A DNA stretch of 64,000 nucleotides from Selaginella moellendorffii (Eukaryota > Plantae > Lycopodiophyta). The stretch's first letter is position 1, and the number at the start of each line of letters is the position of its first letter. The notes under the pieces are model-generated. The model was not told the DNA's origin. It worked only from the letters and a program-made list of their open reading frames with translations, and did not search any database. A program made the translations under genes and the position numbers. Below are positions 38,001 to 51,486 of the stretch, piece after piece. The stretch covers positions 26,199 through 90,198 of the forward strand of contig NW_003314393.1 in assembly GCF_000143415.4 (NCBI RefSeq), in the 5' to 3' direction.

Positions 38001-40656
38001 ATCGTTGTGAATATTCAGACACGAGGACTGAAAAGCGCACTGGTGGCGCGTCGAAGAAGGACAAACAGACAAGCAATAGGAAAAAAGGAGGTACAAATTA
38101 TATTTGCAATGGTGTGTGGTCTCATGCCATTCCTTGCAGGAGACACTTCTTCAAAGGCAAAACAGGCAAGCACCAGCCAAGCTCAAACTAACAGTGGTCA
38201 TAAAAAGCGAAAGCACGTTGGACAGTCGTCGGGATCAAAGGCGTTTGATTCGAAAAGGAAGAAGGGCAACGAAAAGATGATAGGTAATGCCTCGCGGTTA
38301 TGGCGTGTGTGCTCATGCCATTCATTGCAGATCAAGGGCTGAGTGAAAGCAGCCAGTCACCACCTCCTGACTCAGATTCCTATGGCGGACTCCCCTTCCC
38401 CAATCTCAATGGAGAGGTACAATGGATGAGGGATGCTTTTCAAGTCAGGGCCACGTTTTTCTCATCTCGTCGTCTTCAAAGGGTGCAAGAACGTGCAGAA
38501 ACCATGTTAAGACAGTCGGGTGAGGATATGGTCCTAGGTCACGCACTAAAACAGGCTATGGATGTCTTGTATTTTGAGATGGAGACTCGGCCAGATGATT
38601 TTCCCAAGATGGTCCTGGAAAAACAAGCCATCCAGCCTGAGCAGCCTATAGAAGAAATGCAGGAGGGGGATGAGGAGCCAGAGAAAGATAATGAGCAGGA
38701 AGAGCAGAAAGATGAAGAGGAGGACAAAGAAGAGGAGGACGAAGAAGAGGAGGACAAAGAGGACTTGGATGGTCCTTACAATGGTGACGATCACAATAAC
38801 GACGACGACGATGATGACGACGATGGGCAGCCTGAGGTGGCCAAAGAGCAGCGGAGGAAGGTCATACAAGACAAACCATCAGGTAAATAATAGTACATCC
38901 ATTCCTAACCTTTTACCATTTCTAACATTGTCCATGTAGGTCGCAGAAGAAATGGTAAGTAGAGATTATTCAGTTGAATTAAGATACAAACTCTAGCCTT
39001 TAGTGTCGAGGAAGGATAGTGCCAAGCAAGGGTCAAAACGTATATCCAATCCTTCAGAATCAGCAATGCACCCAAGTGATATCGGTCCTAGTTCCTCAAT
39101 AGCAGTTGATGGTAAATACAGTATAGTCGATTATATGTGCTAATGAGTTTGTTTTTAGTAGCCAGTAGGGAAGATACCATCTCAATCGAAGGGAGATATT
39201 TGGACATGCATATGGATCCGCCAGTGGACTCTACTTGCCTGCAAGAGTCATCAGAGCTGGTGGAGGCTACTATCCATATCAACGCCAAGCAAGCTGACCA
39301 CGCTCCACTTGATGCTGCCCATACCACTGAGTCAATCTTGTCCACGTATCCAACTGACGGTGACTAGGCGCCATTGGACCCGCATGAGGCCGCCCCAGCC
39401 GCCGAGCCGGTCGTATCCTTATTTCCAACGGACTCAACGTGTGCCCAATCGTCTGACTACGCGCCGTTGGAACCTCCCTACACCGCCCCTGCTGCCTGTT
39501 CGGTCATGTCCACTTTGCCAACGGAGGCACCAGCTGAAATGGCGTGTGATCACACGCCATCGGAACCACCCCATGCCACTGTTGAGCCAGTTGTACCAGA
39601 GTCTACAGCTGAAATGGCATGTGCCCACATGCCATCGGATGCAATTGACCCCACATTGCAGAGGAGAGTATTTCCGCCCTTCACGTTTCCTCGACTAAAA
39701 CCCTCTGAACGACCATCGGGAGCACCATTCGCTAATATTGTAGATGGTAAAATTTACTTATACCATTTTTTATGCTGACGCATTTCATTTCAGAATCACG
39801 GCGAAAGTATTGTATCGTTTTTGATCTGAATGGTGTCCTTTTCTCCCATGAGCGTGGCTCGTCCTCGAATGTCACTGCACCCTCCAAAGCCTGCGGTCGC
39901 AAGTTGGTCAAAAGAGACAGATTCACATTAATCACACGGGAGAAACTGCGGGATCTAATAATGACCATGCGACACTTAAAACAGAGGGCCGGGTTCAATT
40001 TGCAATTGGGAGTTTGGACATCCATGATGCGCCACAATGCATTAACGTTGCTACAGATGATGCACAATCAGACGCGAGTAATATTACCATTTGACTTTCT
40101 CCTAACGCAGGAGGATTGCTTGACTATGGTCCATGTGAGGGGTAGCAAGCCCATCTTCGTCAAGCCAGAGGCTGTAGTGATGAACCGGACTGCTAGGTCA
40201 AGTGAGATCCTCATCATCAATGACTCGCTGATTAAAACTGCAGCGAACACGCACACATATGCAGTGCACCCCATCTCTTGCAGTATGGAAACTAGGGAGA
40301 AGAAACCGTATGTTCTGGGGGACCTTGTAAAACGGCTTGGAGCGATGATGATAGAGAACCAGCCAGTCCAGGAGGTGGCTGCAGAAATCAACCAAATGGC
40401 AGATGGAACGGTATATCAGAAGCCATTTGATTGGACAGACACCAGTCATCATTTATGGCATGTATATTGTCTAGCCAAGCACTATCCGCATCTCCATAAT
40501 CTGCTCAACCGGATGGGTTCTTCGACCACTGAACATGAGCGTGGACGTATTAGATAAGAGATGGCATTACTATTGGGTTTAAATCCTGATAGCGTGGAGA
40601 GTGATGAAATTCCAAGATTATTGTATAGGCGTTGGAGGCAAAAAATAACAGTCTGA
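35027..40656 (+). pseudogene. Cargo gene (ParB / MTase-like / FCP1-like), copy 2, full length with premature stops
   Basis: Same exon structure as copy 3. Stops at 36382, 39365 and 40555. ParB motif reads FYADSGQHSSLA. Confidence 0.88.
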
Positions 40657-41102
40657 GATGGCATGTATTTATTTAAAAATGTAACTTATTATGGCATGGG
40701 GTTCCATGCCATTGTATTAATATTAAAAGACAATTCTTTGAGAGGATTTGCATTATACTAGAAGTGTTACAGCATGTTATTGGAAGTCTACGAAGTTGTT
40801 TTATTAATAAGGGGAAAGTAAAGATTGAATGGGGACTTGGGCTCCACCTAGACTCGGAGCAACTGAGCCAATATTAAAAGGATGGAAAGAAATTGGACGA
40901 CGATGACAAGGAGAAGAGAGAGGTGAAGCAATCGCAGGGGGAGGAGAAGTGATTGAGTAGACATTTCCTTGTTTAAAATAAAATGGCATGTGCCTCAATG
41001 CAGTTGAATTTTGTTATATTTATATACTATATAAAGGTTTGGAAACCTTATTTTACAAGTGGGATAATGACAATTCCCACTTTAACGAAATAGAGCTTTC
41101 TT

Positions 41103-41726
41103 CCCGATAGGATGCCACCACCGCAAGGGGATACTCTATCATGGAGTGTGTTGTAGGCCCAACACATTTCCCAAGCCTTAAAGGTTGCGAGCAGCTTCAT
41201 GACTTTTGAGGGTGTGGTTGTCATGATCCTTCCCCGCTCTCTAATATGGAAAGGCCTTCTCGCACACTTGGCTGACAACAATGATGGATTTATCGAGTTT
41301 TCATCTAGTTGCCTTCTTTCGAGTATGGTGGTGGACACAAAAGACACTAGTGGACAAAAGCAAAAGGTGTGTGACTTCTTTATTTACAAATTAACTCTAT
41401 TCTTTTTTTTTTTTTTCCAGGTTTATTCCTAGAACTACCATGCTCTATGCCACATTGGGAACCGGCGTAATGCCATACAAGCTGATGAGTGTGCTGCTCT
41501 TGCTTTACTAGGATATGACAGCTCTATAGACATCATCCCAAATGTGATTGACTTGGACATTCTTCACCCAGCATTCCTTGGTTATCGACATCGTTCGGTC
41601 ACGGCCATGCAGATCTTGTTGGAGTTATTCTGTCCACCAAAGGGGATTGTACTTGATGCTACAGTAGGATTTGGGTCAATGGTACAGGCAGCGAAAGAGA
41701 CAGGCCGAGAAGCAGAAGAAGATTGA
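41103..41726 (+). pseudogene. Older ParB/MTase-like gene, 3' part (beta-class N6A/N4C MTase-like fold)
   Basis: Continues in frame from 27522. SFMTFEGVVVMIL, then after a short intron (~41367-41420) RSVTAMQILLELFCPPKGIVLDATVGFGSMVQAAKETGR, matching the KP..li..t.pgd.VLDpF.GsGtt..aA...gR SAM-binding region. Confidence 0.78.
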
Positions 41727-41919
41727 ATATATTTTGATTTTAATATAAGTTATGTGGTTTAATATATTATTTTCTTTCTTTGTAGACTAAAAGATTAGTT
41801 CATGTCGAACTAATAATCTACATGAGCTTATGGAATACCTTAAACACCTAGATTTTATGTTAAAAATTCTTGGTTCGAAACAAACTAAGGTAGTGCCATT
41901 AAACTTTCACTAGTTAGGG

Positions 41920-44900
41920 GATTGTATTGACTTCTTTTGACTTTTGTTGACTTTTATTGACTTGAGCTCAGCTCAAAAACTACCCAGCCCCCGCCATTGC
42001 TAACGAATCTCACCACCTCCCATTCTGCCGAAGCATCTAGACCTCCACTCCTCTAGCTGCCTCAATTTCACTTGCTCCTTCAGGATGGTGTAATGAAGCT
42101 GCACTACTACAAGAGTGAGTCTCCACCACGATGCCACCACCATCGATATCCTTGCTTGTTGCCCATAAAAGTGGCAATGGTTTTGTGCCTCCTAGAGTGC
42201 TTGCACTTCTGTCACTCTCCAGATGGACCAGCGCTCATAGCCCATCGCCTCCCAAACTAACATCCCGACTTCAGCCCCTATTGCGTCCCACTAGACCCAA
42301 CTTCAACCCCTATCGTACTACTCGAATCCTGCCCTTGACTTCATCATCCGTCACTATCGGCATGACCTGTTTATCTCCTGCTAGCAGCTACATGTCGCCT
42401 CTCATAACCCGACAAGGACGCCCAACATTCTGTTTGGGGGACACAATGAACCACACCTCCACATCACCATCCTCCCAAGTTGGTGTTGGGGCTGCAAACA
42501 CCCGTGTCTAGGCCCCCAAGCTGATGCGTTCCCTGTTTGGCTCCACGTCCCATTATAGAGCCACAACGTCTCCAGGTTTGAGACAATGCCTAGGCCAGAG
42601 CTGCCCTTTCTTCACCTCACTCACTGCTCTGATGATGCGAAGAAGATTGAGGTGGACTTTCCTCCACCATCCTTGGTTAAAGACTTGCATATGCCTTGTA
42701 GTCTTCCTCCTATCCTTGTCTAGAACTCCCACCAGTTGCTTGAGGGTTCTGAAGCCTTCGCCATGCAGCTTTCTCCAGATTGTGTAGTGGTCTTCCCTAC
42801 CCAATGTCTTGTCATCCACTTTGAAGAGGTCATTGAAGAATAGGGGTTGGTTCAGCCAGTCCTCCACTCGCCCTGGCATTTCCCTACTGACTAGAAACTT
42901 GCTCCATAACCTGAGAAACCCTTGAACCAATGTGCCCCCCTTGACTACTTGCTTCGGCCCTTCAACAAACAGCCAACGTGGATCCTTCTCCCATGGTGCC
43001 TAGTGTTGTGCCTAGGTCGAATTGCCAACAAACTCTGCCTAAACATGAGTCTCCAAAGTTTGTTACCTAGTTGAAGGCCCATAAGGAGGATTTTGTACCG
43101 TAGTGCCTTTGCCATGTTGCTGGGATCAATAACTCCAAGTCCTCCCAAGACTCGTGGACGTGTTGTGGATTGCCATGCAACCTTGGCCATGATCCTTCCT
43201 GTGACAAGCGTACCCCACCACACATACTTACGAACCATCATGCGTACCTTTCTAAGAGTGCATTCAAGGATAGGCCAGATTGAGAGGTGGTACCAAATTT
43301 TGGGCAGAATGATGCTCCTAGCTACAACCACTCTCACTAGCAAACCAAGTTTCTGAGGAGCCCACTTCTGGATTAACATTCGTATCCTTCGGAGCAAGGT
43401 GTCATCCTGAAGTGTTGCATTAAACTGGGTACCAACCTGAATCCCCAAGTACCTAGTGTCCTCTCTTGGTTTGAGCTATTGGAAGTCGATGTCTTGGCCC
43501 CATGACTCAATGCTTGGCTGCCCCTAGTTGATGCCCACTGATTTGTTCCAGTTGATTGCTGCGCCAACTGCGAGGTTGAAAGTCTCCAGTGCCTTCTTAG
43601 CTGCATCTAGGTTCTCCTTTGTTGCGAGGAGGAATAAGGCCGTGTCATCTACAAATGCTCCATCCAAGAGTTCCTAAGTCACCCTTGCTATTCTTGGAAG
43701 TTGCTGTCTCACAGCTGGTAGGGTGAGTTCTTTGATGCACCCACCTTCTACTAGAAAAGTGCCTAGGGCCTTAACCACAAACCACTCGTGGGGGACACAC
43801 TAGGGAAGGGATGCACGCACTTCCACTGCCGCATTTTCCCTCTCTGCAGTCCACTACTGGGCTGTGTACAGCAGTTGGTAGAACTCCTAGGTGAGCTGCT
43901 GCATCCCTTGTTGATCCTCGATGACCCTCCCATCATTGTGCTTCAGCCCCAGGATGGGAGGACAGTCAGTCATTGGCCTGATTCCCCTAAAGAAAGACTT
44001 GTTGAGAAGGCATTCATTTAGGGCCCATTCATCTTCCATGGCCCAGACACCCTTGCTCCACGCTACATACTCCAGGTCATGTAGCTTGGCTTCCTGTTCA
44101 TCCAATACTACTTGCCACTTGTTCTCATTTTGTGTGTTCAGCAACATCCTATGCACTGCTGCCACCTTCTACCTGGCCAATCTCACGTCCTTCATCACTG
44201 CTCCTTTGAGATCCTTTTGGCATGCCCGGAGCTTCTGGGAGCAAGACAGGAGCATTGGGATCAGTCCCATCTTGTCTTGCACGAGGGTGTCATGTATTAG
44301 CCCAATCTCCACTAAGTCTCGCACGTTGCTCTTGTGATTGAGTGCTGGACTGTTGTCCCTTTGTTCCTTTGAAGCTTGATCACACTGCGGAGGGGGTCGT
44401 GATCAGAGAAGGAGGTGAAACCGAGCCACGTCTTAAGGCTTCCACCATCCTACCGTATGCGAGTTGAGGCATAAATCCGGTCTAGTCTCAACTGGGAGGT
44501 CACTGACTACTGCCTCGTAAAGGGGTGAGCATGAGATGCAAACCCCACTGCATGTTGGAGGTCCATGATCCCTAGTGCATCCACAAGCTGACTCCACTGC
44601 TCCCACTCACAAAGTAGAATTATTTCCTGCATTCCCCTGCAATTGCAGATGTCCTTAACCATGTTGAAGTCTCCTAGAACCAGCCATTCATTTGCTTGCC
44701 CTTGGGTGGATTGCAACATGCTCAGCCAGAATTCTGCACATCTCCCTTTCCTCATTGGTGCATAGATGTTGATTATCCCCACCCGTCTGAAGTGGAGATG
44801 AAGGACAAGCAACTGAGCCTTCCCCGGAACCAGGACAATGTGGTTTCGTACCTGAGCAGACCATTTGGTTGAGACTACCACTGCTGTGCCACCTCCTGAT

Positions 44901-47900
44901 CTGGCCACCACTTGCGTGGCTGGGTTCCACCAGAGCCATCCCCTCATGCCAAAGGTGTAGTCTGGGGCTTCGGTCATTTTGTGCTCTTGCAAACATAGGA
45001 TGTTGATGCCTCCTAAGCTGATCTCGCGGATGTGGGACTTGAGTTGCACCCTTTTGTTGAGTCAACTGCTGGTCCAGCTGAGTCCCCGACAGTTCCAAGT
45101 GACAGTCATAAGTGTTGTCATGGAGCCATGTACTTCCAATAAAATGAGGTGTTGTGGGGTCTTGCCCTCCATTCTGTGGAGATGGTCCACACCATAGTCA
45201 TCTTCCCTCTATACTTTGTCCATGAGAAGCCTTGGACAATGTATCTCGCAAAGCCTGTCCACTTCGTGATGGCACTCTCCATGCATTTCTAGTAGTCGCC
45301 AATGGTGACAACCTCCGGGAAGGCTGTGTCCCGCAGCACATCAGCCAGTCTCCTACCTCTATGGAACTTAATTCCCACTTAGGTGGAATCCACCTGATTG
45401 CCATTCCTACTGTCTAAGGGAGGACCGGCTGGAAGCCATCCCCTTCAATGTCAATGATAGGTCCCTCAAACAGTTTGGGCTGCAAGGAAGAGCCCAAGAG
45501 TGGTGGGGGCGACCGGGAAGCGAATGTGTGGCATTTGGTCAGGAGGGCGCGCCTTCAAGATCTTCTCTTGCTTTTCTGGTAACTCAAACGGCTTCTGGGA
45601 GGCTAGCCTGTTCCACTTGACTGAGCAGGCCTCCTCCCGGTATCCAGTACTCTAACAAAAGTTACATCTAGGTTCCGAGTTCTCCATTTGGATCCTGATA
45701 TACTAGCCCAACACTACACTCTCTACCAGGATTTCAGCCGGGGCTGAGACAAAAACCTTGAGTTGGATGGGGCCAAGGACACCCTCTGCTTCTACAGTAT
45801 CAAGACCAAGCACCATCTGGCTGATACTCCCTTCAACCAGCTCCTGGATCACCATTGTGATCCGCATTTCATGGGAATGTCCCACAATGAAATGTTCACT
45901 GGAAAGCTCCCACGCTTGAGGCGTGCCTAGTCCTCGCTGTGAACCTCGGGATCCATGGGTGGAATGACACCACCCAATGCTCTTGTCAATGAGGCCATGC
46001 ATGGCCTCCTTTTGAGACTGTGCCTCCTCTGTCTCAAAGACAACTGTGTAACAGCCCTTCCCATGTGGTAGCATCTTCTTCATGAGGATCCCCTGTCCCA
46101 ACGTTGTATTGATCAAGTTGTTAGCCATGCAACCTATTGGGAACTTCCCTCTGAAAACTGCAATCAATGCCTTCTTACGGAGTTCCTCTTCCTTCTCTAC
46201 CATTGCTCTTTGCATAGCCTCAGCTAGCTTAACAGGAATAGCCTTTCCTCTCATGTCAACATGGACCAAGTCACTTTCACCTTCTCCTGCTGCTGCCACC
46301 TTGGGCACTTCTGCATGTCCAAATGTTTCCCCGTTCATGTTATGGGAGGCGTTCTTCTTGTTGCCATCACTATTCCCGTCTGAGGAGTGTAGTGCTTCTG
46401 CCACCTTTCCCTGGCCCCAAGTCTTCCCTGCTCTTGACTAGGCCTTTGCCACTCACTCAGACGTGTCAACCTCTTGGCACTTGTTCTCTTGCGTACCTGT
46501 ACTCTTATCAGTGGGGGCCTACTCCTCCTCGAGAAAGGCTTCAATTGTGTTTGTCCAGGATAGGCCCTCCTTGACAAGTCTCAGAGTTTTAAGTTTCTGC
46601 CATGTTGCTCGCTTCACTTTCTTCTTCTTGCATTTGGTCTTCCTCTTGTTGAAGATATCCCATTCCTGGAATTGAAGTGTCCCATCTGACTTTTCATCCA
46701 ATGAGTGCTCGGTCTCTGGCTTTGTTTCTGGCTCTCCAAGTCTCACATCCTTTGTTGGTGTTGGTGCAACATCCAACTTGCCATCTTGCTCTTGTGCCCA
46801 TGCATCAAACAGATCCACTTGCTGTGTGACCACTACCTTCGTGATTAATTCCTGTGCTTCTCACAGTGCAGGTCCCAACACAAGGTCTTCTCCCAAAGGA
46901 TTCAGGTCCAGCTCTCTAGTCATGCACAGTAGAGTTGATTGGAGTTCTTTGGTCGAGCGGAGACCTTTGGATCCTTTCCTCAAAGTGGCAAGGGTCCCAG
47001 ACCAACATCTCTGCCTCGTCAAGTCTTGGAAATGGAGAGGGGAGCAACACCTTTTGCCCCTCATATAGCACTGTGGGAGAGTCTAGGTCTGATTTCCTCT
47101 CTTGTTGCTGGTGTGCAAGGTCCACCTAGCATGCTTCCTCTTGCCTTCTTGCATGTACTGGGTCAGGGATGGGCCCATCCTTGTCTACAGGAGTCTTTGG
47201 GTGATATGGGGGGTTCCCACCAGCTGATGGCATGAGCTTGATGCATTCCCATGAGTAGGGAGTGTGCCAGTTGCCCAGTCCTTCTGTGTCTTGAGGTCCT
47301 TCGTTAGAATTCCAAGAGCTGCTTAACATGCATCCCACAGAGAGACGTTCCCCATGTCTTCCATGTCATCCATTTGGTGAGTTAGCTGCATGACTTCCTA
47401 ATAGATTCGTTGTGTTGGATCACGATGCACCTGTTCCATGAACCTCTCACTATTCCAAAAGACTATACCACCACCTGCAAGCTTCAGCAAGAACAAGTGT
47501 AGACAATCTGTGTTGTCTCCAACCTATCTTGAATTAGTGTAGAGCCTCGCCACTAGGGGCTGTGAGCTGGATCTGGGCCTCACACTTGAGGAACGAGCTG
47601 GTGAAGATGGGAGTGAAGCCCTGGGCTTGTTCGTAAGGTCTGACAAGCATTTGTGGGCAAACTTCAATGTCCGGAGTGGTTGTTCCTTGCTCGGCCCTAG
47701 GGCCACAACTGAACAGTCAGTCTCCTTGGAGATCTCCTGGCCTTGGTTGTGTCTTTGAGTGAGGGATTGTGAACTCACCTTCTAATGAGACCTTCATATT
47801 GATCCTGCAGGACAGAAGTGCATCCACACTCGGGCCCTGTTCCTCCCTGTTTTTGGTCGTTCTGAGTGGGGGAGACTTGAGTTCTCCTGTCCCATGCCCT

Positions 47901-48510
47901 AGCTCTGCTGCTGCTGCATGTGCTGCTGCTCTGGTGGTGACTCCTAACCTAATCCTGGTGCACCGCTGCTGCACTTCTGTGAGACATCCATCCCTATGAA
48001 TCCCCTCAACTACAAAAGTGCTTGGGATGATTCCCCACAAGCCTTCCTAACTTGTGACTGGCCTGAGACTCTCACAAAGCTCTTGCACTCCAGCCAGTGA
48101 CCATGCTAGTGGGTGAGGGGAGGTAGCTTTGTCCTCTCCTCCACTCTCAGTGGCCAATTCGCCTCTAGCATGGCTTACACTTCCAGCTTTTTCTAGGACT
48201 TGGCCATCTCCCAACCTAGAAACGTCCACCACTTCTATCTCATAGTTCTTATCCTGTTGGGCTGCTACTTTGTGCGGCTCACTTGCTGCCTTGCACAGCA
48301 GTGTTCTGGCCGTTGATATAGAGGGCCCTTTCCCATCCTAGCTTACTGCTGTGCATGTTCCAGGACCCCAACCTTGTAACAGTCCTCCTTGTGGGAGCCA
48401 AATGCTGTGGCCCCTACCTCACACTCCACAACCTTGAGAGCTTAGATTGATGGGCGTGGATGTTATGACTCCCTTGCAGCTGTTCTCCATGCTGCTGACA
48501 AGAGAGTGAA
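41920..48510 (-). mobile_element. Decayed L1-type LINE retrotransposon
   Basis: ORF1 remnant (45703-46404). APE endonuclease TWNCRGL..ILCLQEHK..INIYAP..LVLGDFN (~44400-45121). RT remnant AFVDDTALF (~43650) and downstream VAWQST..GGLGV. Tail of 10-bp A-rich repeats at ~41925-41963. Many stops, and much of RT is deleted; ends approximate. Confidence 0.85.
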
Positions 48511-48544
48511 TACACAACAGAACCAAAAAAAGGAGTACAATGTT

Positions 48545-49038
48545 TTGCCTAGGTATAATAGTTCCACTAACATCATACCCAACCTTATGGATGAGTAGAT
48601 TTGTAACACGTTTCTAGGGTACTGATTTTGAACTTCATCGGCGATGCAAGTCTTGCTTGAGCTCTATTGCCCACCAGATGGTGTTGTGATTAATTGCACA
48701 GTAGGTAGCGGTTCTATAGTGAAGGTAGCATGTGACTCTAGTAGGTCGGTGTTTGCTTTTGAAGAACATCATTTCTTCAAACACTGTATTAAAGGATTTT
48801 GTGAGTTCCCTCCATCCTCAAGGAGGTAAATTATGTTAATTAAAATTTCAATATATGTTTAATTCTATTTTATAGATCACAGTCACCTAGAGTTTTTAGA
48901 ATTGGAGGCTTTGAAAGTCTCCCCAACTATGCAAAAACTTTAGCTCAACATATGCAAAGTGAATCTTCCCCACAATACCAATATAGGAGGAAGGATAAAA
49001 GAAATCAATATGTTGATAATGAAGCAGAAGAAAATTAA
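48545..49038 (+). pseudogene. Second, paralogous MTase-like C-terminal remnant
   Basis: MQVLLELYCPPDGVVINCTVGSGSIVKVACDSSRSVFAFEE is homologous to, but diverged from, 41544-41726. Both end in EAEE(D/N)-stop. Confidence 0.7.
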
Positions 49039-51486
49039 TTGCATCCTTACATAAAATGAAAAACTTATTATATGTTAGATGTTTATGAAGGTGTCAAATA
49101 TCAATGAAGGTGTCAAATGTCAGTGAAAGTGTCAGTGTCAGATATCATAATTGTAAATTATCATTCTCACATATCACCATCACTTTGTAGCACTTGTGTG
49201 TTGCCATCTCCTCCTTCAACATTTTATAAACAATTGTATGTGATATGATAACATCTTCTAAAACAAAGTATGTTACCTACAACTAATATCATTTTATTAT
49301 ATTTTTTCGTTTAAAAGTAACAATACTATAGTATAGTAAAGTAGTTCTAAATCTTACATTCCACTATAGGGTGGCCTAAAAACCCCATATTTTGCATTAG
49401 CTGATACAGTGTTTCCCAAGGGGATGTTATTTCCCACAATAAGCTCTATTTCGTTAAAGTGGGATTTATTCAGTAAAATGGGACTAGGTACAAATTTTCA
49501 AGTATTTGAAAATGACGTGAAATTATATGTTTTTTGTCCAGGGGCTAGACATATCTGGGGCATGGTGACTAGCGCGGTGACCTTATGTCCAGACTGAGTC
49601 CATCTAGTTGTATAATAAATCTCATTGTCAAGGTGAACAAGCCGAATCTGAAGCTAAAGAAGAGCGATGGCATGCGCGCACACACTATTTGTTTGTTCAT
49701 TGAGCGTGTGGTGAGCTTTCCAAGATGAATATCATTCCTATTAGCCAGACATATAACTTAATGGTGAGAACATTTAGATATTATTCAATGTTATCTTTTT
49801 CTAACGAATCTAATTGTGAAGGTGTAGCAAGAGGCATTGCTAGTCTGGAGAAGTCATTTAACTCATTTGACCCTTAGTGTATTTTCATGAAACTAAATAA
49901 CATTCATATTATTAAGGAATTTCTCTAGTACCTTTTTTTTACGACATAGAGGCTTGCATTTCTTTCAAAGGTGATTTAGTAAAAGGCCTGAGGGCACATG
50001 CCATTCTATTTCTCAGACCGGTATTAAGATATACTAGTGCAAAGGGAAAAAGGTATTTGGTGATCAAGTAAATGGCATGAGGGCACACGCCATTATAAGC
50101 CTAAGCGCTAGTGGACACCTCCTTTTTGGTACTCTCAGCGGTACTATCATCCTTCACCGGGTCAGTTGTTTTGCTTTGGATTGTTGTCTCTGACGTTACT
50201 GGGGCGTTTTCGATAGTTGTTAATGTTGCCGTTTGTTCAGAAAAATGATCACCTGGAGTATAGTACGGGGAGTTTGGAAGACTTATATATTCTACATCTT
50301 CACCTATCTCCTTCTCCGTCTCCTTTTCTGCCTCACTTACAGATTTTGTGCTTGCCATGAGAACGCTCTTCACCCTAAAATATGGAGTTCGTTGTGTTAT
50401 AAAAGGAAACCAACACACACGCTGCAAGGGAATGATGGTACATAAAGCACGTAAGCCCACAATATGGGTTTATGTGCCATTAATATGGGCCACACACCAT
50501 ATTATTAGATTTATGCACGTGTGATTGGTAAATGCATATGTCACATCATCTTTGTTTTACCTCACACACTATATCAGGCCTAATGAACCATATCACATGT
50601 GCGCACATGCTATATATATGGAGAAGTATAGAAAAATTCAATGCATGATTGTGGAGAGCAATGGCATGAAGCCACATGCTAAATAACATTTTAGAGAAAG
50701 AATTAAAATAAAAACATGCAAACAGTACTAAGTGGACCAAGACTTAGAAGTGCACAATTGAATGAGGTATTTCTAATAAATACTTCACTCACCTCATATA
50801 GGAATGGCTACCACTCTCAAATGGCGTATCGCCTCATGCCATCACCTCGCAATTTGTTATAACAATCCGATGAATTCATATTCGGCTTGTTCACCTTGAA
50901 CTTTAAGTAAGATTTACTAGAACAACTAAGAATTTATACTTGTTATTTGTATCATCTCACCTAGGAATGGCGTAAGGCCACATGCCATCACGCCTCCTCT
51001 GATTCAGATTCGGATTGTTCACCTTGAAATAAAATACATTAGAAACTTAGTAAAGGAATATTCATGAATCTCACCTTGAACCCGGGTTATGAATGCTCTT
51101 GCTGCATCTCTTGCATGGTCTGGCAAGGTGATGGTGGCACTCTGCTTCCGCATCCAACCATGCACCTGGAGTATAGTACGGGGAGTTTGGAAGACTTATA
51201 TATTCTACATCTTCACCTATCTCCTTCTCCGTCTCCTTTTCTGCCTCACTTACAGATTTTGTGCTTGCCATGAGAACGCTCTTCACCCTAAAATATGGAG
51301 TTCGTTGTGTTATAAAAGGAAACCAACACACACGCTGCAAGGGAATGATGGTACATAAAGCACGTAAGCCCACAATATGGGTTTATGTGCCATTAATATG
51401 GGCCACACGCCATATTATTAGATTTATGCACGTGTGATTGGTAAATGCATATGTCACATCATCTTTGTTTTACCTCACACACTATA

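Larger units (their letters stand above)
27523..41098. mobile_element. Sola-like DNA transposon, copy 2 (13,576 bp, defective), TSD TCTT
   Basis: Perfect 24-bp TIRs (27523-27546, 41075-41098), TCTT at 27519-27522 and 41099-41102. Removing the element and one TSD restores the reading frame FFDLPDRMPP. Confidence 0.95.
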
